Shown: piece by piece, positions 1 to 7,246 of the stretch | Layout of the letters: every line of letters begins with the position of its first letter | Position numbering within the stretch: position 1 is the stretch's first letter | NCBI GenBank assembly: GCA_963799775.1 | Contig: CAWCYD010000003.1 | Location: 640,001-704,000 of the forward strand | Direction: 5' to 3' | Length of the DNA: 64,000 bases | Source: an uncultured archaeon | GTDB lineage: Archaea > Thermoproteota > Nitrososphaeria > Nitrososphaerales > Gagatemarchaeaceae | Made by a program: the position numbers and the translations under genes | The notes under the pieces: generated by a model | Databases searched by the model: none | What the model was told of the DNA's origin: nothing | What the model saw: the letters and a program-made list of their open reading frames with translations, nothing else

Positions 1-358
1 GTATCGCGACGAACATTCCGGGAGTTAGCAACGATGTTTGATACGGCAATACCTCGCCATCCGCAATAGTGAACAAGGAGTGATCGCCGGTTGCCTTGAC
101 ACTTCTCCCGGATCGAGTCTTCACGACGAAGATCTTCTTCGGCGAGCGATGCCGCACGATGGACTTTACGCGATGGTGTCCGACTCTAAGATCATGACCG
201 AATGCGGCGGTCTCGATGCCTCGACAGGATACCGTCTCGTAGACACCTTCTCTTGATACTTCACCGGATCTCGCCATCTCGTCGTAGAAACGGCCGATGG
301 AAACTAGTCTGCCGTGGCCATTTTGGTAGATCCAAACCTTCTCGTCGCGAGGGATGCT
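1..358 (-). mobile_element. Intein (N-terminal part) inserted in the Walker A motif of the ATPase
   Basis: After GGTASGK the frame continues SIPRDEKVWI (block A-like, Ser1) and later VKTRSGRSVKATGDHSLF (block B TxxH) instead of the expected T-T of the P-loop. Confidence 0.85.
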
Positions 359-1507
359 CTTGCCACTCGCGGTCCCGCCTGCGATGAGGAGCGCGAGCTT
401 CTTCTCGATGAGATACCAGAGGTAGGCCGCTACATCCGAGCTCATCGTGTTGTAGCGGATGAGGTCGATGATAGTGAGAGGGTCGGTCCTGAACTTCCTG
501 ATCGTGAATGTGCTCCCTCGCTGCGTGATCTCCTTCCCGAAAGTGAGGTGGAGCCTGCTGCCATCGGTGAGGGATGCGTCCACGATGGGCTCGGCCAGCG
601 AGACGTGCTTCCCTGCGGAGTAGGCGAGCTTTGAGACGAAAGTGTCGAGCTCGTCCTCCGTCTCGAAGATGATGTTCGTGGGGATGGACTCGTAGTCGCG
701 ATACCAGATGTAAATCGGGATGCCCGCGCCGTCGCAGCTAATGTCCTCGATGAGCTTGTCCCTCATGAGGGGCTCTATCTTGCCGAGGTGGATGAAGTCC
801 CTCGTCATGTAATAGAGCAGCTTTGTCATCGTCGGCGGGGAGATCTTGTATCCGTACTTTTTCGCGAGCTCCTTCACCTTGGCCGAGATGTAGCGCTCCG
901 CCTTCTCCGTGCTCCCGATGTTCCGGAGGTCGACGTCCAGCTCGTCGATGAGGAGCTTCTTGAGGTCTGCGAGGCTCGCCTTCTCCTCCTCCGACATGCT
1001 CGGTTCGATGACCACGTAGGTGTACCCCTCGCGACCCTCTTCCTTCGTGACCGCGGCGTAGATGTTGAGCGGATAGCCCTCGAGCTGGACGATGTCGACG
1101 AACGGCTGGGTCTCGGCGGTCTCCTCGAGCTTGAGCTCCCCGACCCTGAGGGCTCCGCTCTGGGACTGCGATTGCAAGGGGGCTGCCTCTCCAGCAGGCC
1201 TGCCGCTTATCTTTGCTACGTTTCGCACTGTCCTCGCCTTTGCGCCGATGTACTTTGTGAGGACGCTGGGCGTGGCCCTGAAGAGCCAGTAGACGAACCC
1301 GCTAGCGAACGAGACCAAGATGACTGTGACGATCGCGCCGGCGAGTGTCGGAGCGAGCCTGAGAGAGGTAACGAGGAAGTCTGAGATTGGGAGGCGGTAG
1401 ACCGCGCCCGTGAAGGAATCGAGAGCCTCGACGGTAAGGTAACCCATGAGAAAGTTGCCCAGGACGACTAGCGCGAGCTCAAAGAGCCACGCCTTCGGTA
1501 GCTTCAA
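1..1507 (-). CDS. Type II/IV secretion or archaellum/pilus assembly ATPase (FlaI/VirB11/GspE family) with N-terminal hydrophobic segments and an intein; runs off the window
   Basis: Manual minus-strand translation from TTG at 1507: MKLPKAWLFELALVVLGNFLMGY...YVVIEPSMSEEEK...SIPTNIIFETEDELDTFVSKLAY...EPIVDASLTDGSRLHLTFGKEITQRGSTFTIRKFRTDPLT...LIAGGTASGK (Walker A). TTTAAATA TATA-like box about 30 nt upstream. Not in the ORF track because there is no stop in the window. Confidence 0.9.
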   Translation of the reverse strand, partial: MKLPKAWLFELALVVLGNFLMGYLTVEALDSFTGAVYRLPISDFLVTSLRLAPTLAGAIVTVILVSFASGFVYWLFRATPSVLTKYIGAKARTVRNVAKISGRPAGEAAPLQSQSQSGALRVGELKLEETAETQPFVDIVQLEGYPLNIYAAVTKEEGREGYTYVVIEPSMSEEEKASLADLKKLLIDELDVDLRNIGSTEKAERYISAKVKELAKKYGYKISPPTMTKLLYYMTRDFIHLGKIEPLMRDKLIEDISCDGAGIPIYIWYRDYESIPTNIIFETEDELDTFVSKLAYSAGKHVSLAEPIVDASLTDGSRLHLTFGKEITQRGSTFTIRKFRTDPLTIIDLIRYNTMSSDVAAYLWYLIEKKLALLIAGGTASGKSIPRDEKVWIYQNGHGRLVSIGRFYDEMARSGEVSREGVYETVSCRGIETAAFGHDLRVGHHRVKSIVRHRSPKKIFVVKTRSGRSVKATGDHSLFTIADGEVLPYQTSLLTPGMFVAI

Positions 1508-1691
1508 TGATTCTTCCAGATAATTCCTATATTACTATTTAAAAGAGTGTGTAACTTTTCAGGGGACAGACCGCTAGACGCCAGACCAAAGAGCAAATCA
1601 CCATGCATAGCCTCTTTTGCATGGCCATCTCGGCATCTCGCATGGTTGTCGCTCTTGAGAACAAGTTGTTCAGGCCCATTATAAGCTGAAT

Positions 1692-2063
1692 GTGGACCCT
1701 TCGTCCCTAATGGCTGAGCATCTCGAGACTTTCACTGTCGATGCGAAGCGAGGAGACGTCAGGGACCTTTGCATCAAATATCTAACCGGTTTCAAGTACA
1801 AGCTGCTTCGGGAGGAGGACCAGTCGCTTCTCTTTGAGAAGGGCTCGATGAGGAGGAACATCTTCACGTTCTCGTTCGAAGAGGCCTACAAGAGGGTCAA
1901 GGTCTCGGTGGTCGGTAGCGATAAGCTCCCTGTGACTTCGGTGTCCATCCTCTTCACCCTTCCGTATCTCAGGCTCCGCAAGGACGAGATCGACGGGATA
2001 AGGTCGGTCACAAGGTCCCTTCACGAGTTCATCCAGATCACGATGGGCTACGTCACCACGTAG
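1692..2063 (+). CDS. Hypothetical protein
   Basis: 123-aa ORF with natural composition; family not recognised. Confidence 0.6.
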   Translation: MDPSSLMAEHLETFTVDAKRGDVRDLCIKYLTGFKYKLLREEDQSLLFEKGSMRRNIFTFSFEEAYKRVKVSVVGSDKLPVTSVSILFTLPYLRLRKDEIDGIRSVTRSLHEFIQITMGYVTT

Positions 2064-2196
2064 ACACACCGAATACCAGAAACATCGCTCGCCCGGGGCA
2101 CCATGATTCTTCCTCCGTCTGACTTGCGGGGGGAAAGTCAGACTTTCGCTACTCTCAATGAGATGCCCTGGGTGGCTACACTCCTCACACTTGTAG

Positions 2197-2478
2197 TCAC
2201 CCCTCGAGAACGGGTTTGAGCCGCCTATACTCTTTCAGCATGAGGTCGAGGGTCGGGCGTAGGTTCCCTGTGGTCTGGTATTGTCTGAGGGCCTCATAAT
2301 ACTGCTTTCTGTTCTTCAGCTCGATGTTCAAGGGAAGTAGTCCATGCTTAATCAGGGCGTTGATCAGCAGCAGCCTGCCGACCCTGCCATTACCGTCTTG
2401 GAAAGGATGAGTCGTCTCGAACTGGTTGTGCAACACATTTATCATGACGAAACGGCCCGGAATCAGAAAATTGAGCAA
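2197..2478 (-). pseudogene. Fic/Doc-family protein, C-terminal fragment
   Basis: Canonical Fic motif HPFQDGNGRVGR, but only about 20 aa precede it; the N-terminal part is missing. Confidence 0.75.
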
Positions 2479-2499
2479 CCGGCCGCGGCGGCATCGTCA

Positions 2500-3198
2500 A
2501 TGAGCAAGGCTGCGACGGGAATTGCTGTCGCCGCGCTGATTGTCTCCTTGGTGGCGCTCGGGGGATTTGGGTACACATACACGATGGTAACGCAAGCGAT
2601 CCACAACGCCCAGAACAACAATACCAACGGCAACCAGCAGACGACCGGGACCTCCAACGGCAACTCTCAAAATAATAGCGGCTGCACGTCGAATTGCAAT
2701 TCTCAAACCAACGGCGGCTGCACCTCAAACTGCGGTCCACAGACCAGTGGCAGTTGCACTTCCAACTGCAATTCCCAGACCAACGGGGGGTGCGCTTCCA
2801 ACTGCACAGGAGGCGGGACTAACGTGGTAGTCACAGTGACCTCTGGGACGACGACGACCTTGGACCAATGCCAGGGTACCTCCAACGGCCAAACACAGAC
2901 GTATTCGTCGCCTGCGAATAACAACGACCAGTGCCTCCTTACGGGAAATCAAGTGCTTGTGTTCACATTTGTGGCTGGCGCATCCGGACTGTCCGCGACA
3001 GGTTCGTTCCAATCGCAGAGCAACATCGACGTCAAGTTCACTGACGTTACGGCGTCGCAGACTCTCAACAGCCAGACGGCCACCACAGGCTCAAGCTTCA
3101 CCGATCAGCTGACAAACGGCCACACCTACGTTGTCCAGATCACCAACGATGGGGCTCAGAACAACGCGCTGACCTTGAGCTTCTCCATCACCGGCTAG
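2500..3198 (+). CDS. Membrane-anchored extracellular protein with Cys-containing N/T/S/G-rich repeats
   Basis: ATG 2500: MSKAATGIAVAALIVSLVALGGFGY (TM anchor), low-complexity linker with four CxSNC repeats, beta-rich C-terminal domain. Confidence 0.75.
   Translation: MSKAATGIAVAALIVSLVALGGFGYTYTMVTQAIHNAQNNNTNGNQQTTGTSNGNSQNNSGCTSNCNSQTNGGCTSNCGPQTSGSCTSNCNSQTNGGCASNCTGGGTNVVVTVTSGTTTTLDQCQGTSNGQTQTYSSPANNNDQCLLTGNQVLVFTFVAGASGLSATGSFQSQSNIDVKFTDVTASQTLNSQTATTGSSFTDQLTNGHTYVVQITNDGAQNNALTLSFSITG
2677..2805 (+). repeat. Four imperfect 36-bp tandem coding repeats (xGCTSNCxxQTN)
   Basis: SGCTSNCNSQTN/GGCTSNCGPQTS/GSCTSNCNSQTN/GGCASNC. Confidence 0.85.
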
Positions 3199-3277
3199 TC
3201 GAAGCATCGAAGCTCGAAACGAATCAAAGCTAGTTGTGCTTAAGTGGTATCTTGGGAATGTAGCACTTGGCATCAGT

Positions 3278-3538
3278 ATGACTGAAGAAGTCGTGGTAAC
3301 ACGCAAAGGCCAGACGACGGTTCCGGTGAGATTCAGGAAGAAGTACGGAATCCAGGAGGGGACGAAGCTACAGGTCGAAGACACTGGCAAGGGGATATTA
3401 TTCAAGAAGACGACGAGCACACTCGAACTGATCGGCTCCGGGTCCAAGTACGCTTCCGTCGAGGAGATGAAGAAACTCCTGGACGAGATGAGGGCCGAAG
3501 AAGAGCGAAAGGCACCTCATACGATACGAGATTCCTGA
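3278..3538 (+). CDS. AbrB/MazE/SpoVT-family antitoxin (VapB-like)
   Basis: MTEEVVVTRKGQTTVPVRFRKKYGIQEGTKLQV is an AbrB swapped-hairpin signature; lies upstream of a PIN gene. Confidence 0.85.
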   Translation: MTEEVVVTRKGQTTVPVRFRKKYGIQEGTKLQVEDTGKGILFKKTTSTLELIGSGSKYASVEEMKKLLDEMRAEEERKAPHTIRDS

Positions 3539-3894
3539 TCGAACTGTGTTACGCCAGCGAGCTCGCAATCAAGGAGAAGATCAAGAACGTGCTGTTGGTC
3601 TCAGAGCCGAACTATCTTTCGACCGCCGCCCTATCCGAGATCTACAAGCTGACCTTGGAAAAGGAGGGCAAGGACGTGGCGGAGATCAGGGCGACTTCCC
3701 TGGCCAAGGACTTCAAACTGGTCGATGTCGACAAGGAGATATCAGTTCAGGCTGCGCTCATCAAGCACAAACACGAAATCCCCTTCGCAGACAGTCTGAT
3801 CGCCTCCACGGCCAGAGTCCTAAGGATTCCATGCTACACACATGACGCTCACTTTCACGGGATAGACGGAGTCACTTCGAAATGGCTCAGGTAG
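3505..3894 (+). CDS. PIN-domain toxin (VapC-like); native start codon apparently mutated
   Basis: The frame upstream of 3589 reads GTSYDTRFLIEL (first PIN Asp), then LSEIY, FADSLIASTA, YTHDAHF. The codon at 3505 is GCG rather than GTG. Confidence 0.8.
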   Translation, partial: AKGTSYDTRFLIELCYASELAIKEKIKNVLLVSEPNYLSTAALSEIYKLTLEKEGKDVAEIRATSLAKDFKLVDVDKEISVQAALIKHKHEIPFADSLIASTARVLRIPCYTHDAHFHGIDGVTSKWLR

Positions 3895-3996
3895 TTCCCG
3901 CGTCGCAGCCACCTGAGGCGAGGCCAGGTCATCGCTCCTCTTCGGTCCGAGATGGTCTAGCGCCTGGCCGGGGCTTTGCTTGTGGCTCGGAGGCGA

Positions 3997-5274
3997 CTAG
4001 CTCGCAAAGATCTCTCTACGCAGTCTCGTGACCGCCGCCACGGGGTCGGCACCGTCTATCAGGATCACTCCAACGAGGTTCGCCAGTCTTGGGAGGTCGT
4101 CGCCGCTGAAAGGTGAGCCGATAACGACAAGGCGAGGTGTCTTGATCTCGATCCCTTTCATGATAGCGGCAATCATGTCCTCTCTCACTGCGCCCTCGTC
4201 GTTCCCCATCACGACCTCCAGCGCGTAGCTCCTCTTTTCCGACGAAAGGAGCGCAGGCACTTCGTAATCCGCGCCCGATACACCCTTTAGGTGTCCGGGA
4301 GCCTCTACCTTCCACCCCTCCAGGGGGAGGGACGCCTTCACGATGTCGATCATGGCCTTCGCCCTCTCCTCTGCCCTCCTGCCCGTCTTCAGCTCGTGAA
4401 GCCGGTCCTTCGCGTCCACGCTCCCTTCGAACGCCTTTGCGAACATAGGAGCCATGGTCCCAGCGTAGTCCATGCTGTTTGTCCAGATGGCCACGTCCTT
4501 CTCGTTCTTCCTGCCCACGACATCATCGAGCACGAGGGAGACAAGCACTTGGCTATGGTCAGCCAACACGATCCTGCTCTTGGCGAAGTCGTCTGAATGC
4601 TTGAGAGCTGCCGCACGAAGAACGGCTTCACTCGCCTCGGTCGTCTGGTGGTCTACGATGCTGATGATCCTGGCCTTCACCCCTCGCTTCTTCGCCTCCT
4701 TCAGGCCCTCGGCAACGCCCAGGATGTGAAGTTGAAGCAGGTCGTTGCGCGTCAGGACCATCTCGAGGGTCTCGGCCGCGCCCGCGACTATCCTGAGGAT
4801 CTGGGCGTAGATCTGCTCCCTTCCTTGGACCATCTTGAAGCTGTATTCCTCACGTTCCGAGCGCTGCAGCGGTGCTAGCGTCCTCCCAATCGAGACGACC
4901 TCGGCCCTTCCCTTCTCCATCTCCTCGAGCTTCTTCATCTGGCGGTCCATCATCATCGCGACCACCTGCTCGATCGGCTCAGCGGTGTACTTGACCGGGT
5001 TCCCCGGGGAGGCCACCACCATGCCCGAGTCGGCGAGCCTCTTGATTATCCTGTAGACCTCCATCCGCCTTATCTGGACCGCCTTTGCTATCTCGCCGGC
5101 GCTCTCCTTTCCGCTCGTCAGGAGGCTGAGGTAGACGAGCGACTCCCTATCGGAGAGGCCGTATTGCATGAGGAGGCTCTGCGCCCTTTCGTCCAACTTC
5201 GATGCGAGGACGACGTCCGGTTGATAAATCTTGAACCGTATTCGATTAGATGTAGCGAGCGGACGTGGTTGCAT
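3997..5274 (-). CDS. TrmB-family transcriptional regulator with an extra C-terminal domain
   Basis: GLSDRESLVYLSLL...AGEIAKAVQIRRMEVYRIIKRL (TrmB HTH); central PLD-like effector domain (AKKRGVKARII); C-terminal GWKVEAPGHLKGVSGADY. Confidence 0.85.
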   Translation of the reverse strand: MQPRPLATSNRIRFKIYQPDVVLASKLDERAQSLLMQYGLSDRESLVYLSLLTSGKESAGEIAKAVQIRRMEVYRIIKRLADSGMVVASPGNPVKYTAEPIEQVVAMMMDRQMKKLEEMEKGRAEVVSIGRTLAPLQRSEREEYSFKMVQGREQIYAQILRIVAGAAETLEMVLTRNDLLQLHILGVAEGLKEAKKRGVKARIISIVDHQTTEASEAVLRAAALKHSDDFAKSRIVLADHSQVLVSLVLDDVVGRKNEKDVAIWTNSMDYAGTMAPMFAKAFEGSVDAKDRLHELKTGRRAEERAKAMIDIVKASLPLEGWKVEAPGHLKGVSGADYEVPALLSSEKRSYALEVVMGNDEGAVREDMIAAIMKGIEIKTPRLVVIGSPFSGDDLPRLANLVGVILIDGADPVAAVTRLRREIFAS

Positions 5275-5345
5275 TACATCCTGTTTTCGGCGCTTAGCCC
5301 CCCTGGGCAGAAGGCAGGATTAGTGGCAAGCAAGAGCATGATAAA

Positions 5346-6589
5346 GGCTCTGCCATATCTACCGGACCTCATGTAGACCTGGCTTCGAGGATTCAGCTCG
5401 GAGGATTGGAGCAATCGTCGTCTCGTTCCCCTTCACAGCTTCATCTGTGCCTCGCGCTCCTGAGTGAGCCTGACCCAGACATCTTATCTTGCCGCGACGC
5501 TCGATGTTGATTGCAGAATTCGGGTCGCGTTCGAGCGTGGCACCACAATGAGGGCATGGCCAGCTCCTATCGGTGACTTTCAACTTGTGATTGATGTAGC
5601 CACAAAGATGACATGTCTTTGAGGTGTAGGCAGCAGGGACGTACTCGATTGGTACGCCAGCCCATTTGGCCTTGTAGTCGATGTATGATTGCAATTGCCT
5701 GAAAGGCCAGAGAGCAATCCTGCGTCTGGACGCCTTTCCCTCTCCGTTCCGCTTTCCGTGGGCGTACCTGATTCCCTTCAGTTTCTCGAGGACGATCGCT
5801 TCGTTGTTGGCCCTGGCCTTCTCGACTATCAGCGTCGAGACCCTGTGCAACTCTTGGCTGACCCGCTCCTTTTCTCTCCTTGATGACGCGAACTTCTTCT
5901 TGAGACGCCTGTCATTGGGATGTCTCTCGTAGAACCCGGAGCGCCTGACCCCGTAGAGCGTGTGCAGCCTGGCTACCTCTGAGAGGTCGTGCGAGTGTCC
6001 CGTCGCTCCCGACGATCGATTTCTCGTTGAGGTCATACCCGACCCGCGTTGCTGGATCTGACACCGGCATCTCTTTCGAGAAGGCAATGACAATCGAAGT
6101 CTCCGTTATTGTTACGGACCCGCGCTTCAGGGTCGCGTCCATCAGGAACGAGCGCTGGTAGTCGCCGTATTGCAACGGGATCAGGATTCGGCCTCCACCC
6201 TTCTTTGACGGTAGTGAAAGTACGGAGTAATTGAGCTTGTAGTTAGCAGAATCCATCTTGAACATCAAGCGCTTGGCGTATGGTCTTCGATGCCAACGCC
6301 TATGCTTCTTCACAATCGACCACGCTATTTCCGCAATCGAGTATGGAAGGCAGGACAAGACGCAGTACCTTTCTTGGAACTCCTTGTAGATCCTATCCCT
6401 GAGCCTCAATCGTCCCCTAATGTTCTCGTCAAGACAGATCCGGATGGCATCGTTGACCATATGTCTGAATGTGGTGAGGAGTTCAAGCGTCTGGGGAGTG
6501 GGATTGTATGCGAACTTGACTCCCTTGACGACCTTCACACACTATCCTGTCAGTTGCCCATATAAGCACCCACGCCGCACCGTAGAACC
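5346..6589 (-). mobile_element. tnpB-only element 1 with short terminal inverted repeats
   Basis: Minus strand begins GGTTCTAC (6589) and ends GGCAGAGCC (5346). Contains a GTGGGTGCTTATAT promoter, tnpB and a 3' omegaRNA-like region; no transposase. Confidence 0.65.
5359..6538 (-). CDS. tnpB: RNA-guided endonuclease TnpB (frameshift near 5997)
   Basis: RuvC-I VGYDLNEK, RuvC-II IVLEKL, zinc finger YTSKTCHLCG...CPHCG, RuvC-III ERDPNSAINI; split over ORFs 5912-6538 and 5359-6093. Confidence 0.9.
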
Positions 6590-6596
6590 CGAAAAT

Positions 6597-6836
6597 ATGG
6601 GCGAGTCCCGAAGGATTCACAGAGGCATGATAAACATCCCAGCCAACATACGGAGGAAGTACGGCTTCAAGGAAGGGGATAAGGTGGTCTTCGTTGAGAC
6701 GGAACACGGGCTGATGCTGATACGTGTGCCCCCTCTGAAAGAGCTCTTCGGAATGGGACGGGACTATAAGGAGAAGCTGATCCAGATGGTCAGAGAGCTC
6801 GAAAAGGAGCACCGTGCGGAAGCGGCAAAAGGATGA
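6597..6836 (+). CDS. AbrB/MazE-family antitoxin
   Basis: ATG 6597: RGMINIPANIRRKYGFKEGDKVVFV; ATGA overlap with the PIN gene. Confidence 0.85.
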   Translation: MGESRRIHRGMINIPANIRRKYGFKEGDKVVFVETEHGLMLIRVPPLKELFGMGRDYKEKLIQMVRELEKEHRAEAAKG

Positions 6837-7246
6837 ACCCTTCGATCGTGTTCGATACCGGCGCCCTCACCCTGTTCTGCGCCGAAGATGAGAGGTTGCG
6901 CGAGTTGGTCGACAAGTCGGACGAGCAGGGCGCGACCCAGTTCGTCTCAGCCGTCACAATCGGAGAGTTCTACTACAAGACATGCCAAACTCTGGGCCGC
7001 GAGACCGCAAGCGTCTGGTCAAAGCAAATCAGTGAAAGGATGGAAATCGTCAGCGTGGATGCAGACACGTCTCTTTCTGCAGGGCTCGAGAAATGCAGAA
7101 ACAACAGACTCTCGCTCGCCGATTGCTACGCTCTGACACTAGCAAAGCAAGTTAGAGGGCTGCTTCTAACCACAGACAGCGAACTGGCCAAAAGCAAGGA
7201 AACTTCCGTGAGGCTTTTCCAGGTGGGTGCGTCGTCGAAAGTCTAG
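6833..7246 (+). CDS. PIN-domain toxin (VapC-like)
   Basis: IVFDTGAL...TIGEFY...LSLADCYALTLA...LLTTDSEL. Confidence 0.88.
   Translation: MNPSIVFDTGALTLFCAEDERLRELVDKSDEQGATQFVSAVTIGEFYYKTCQTLGRETASVWSKQISERMEIVSVDADTSLSAGLEKCRNNRLSLADCYALTLAKQVRGLLLTTDSELAKSKETSVRLFQVGASSKV

Noticed and set aside
38-1384. Plus-strand ORFs 38-256, 314-634 and 788-1384
   Set aside because: Antisense shadows of the minus-strand ATPase; most overlapping ORFs in this GC-rich window are similar artefacts.
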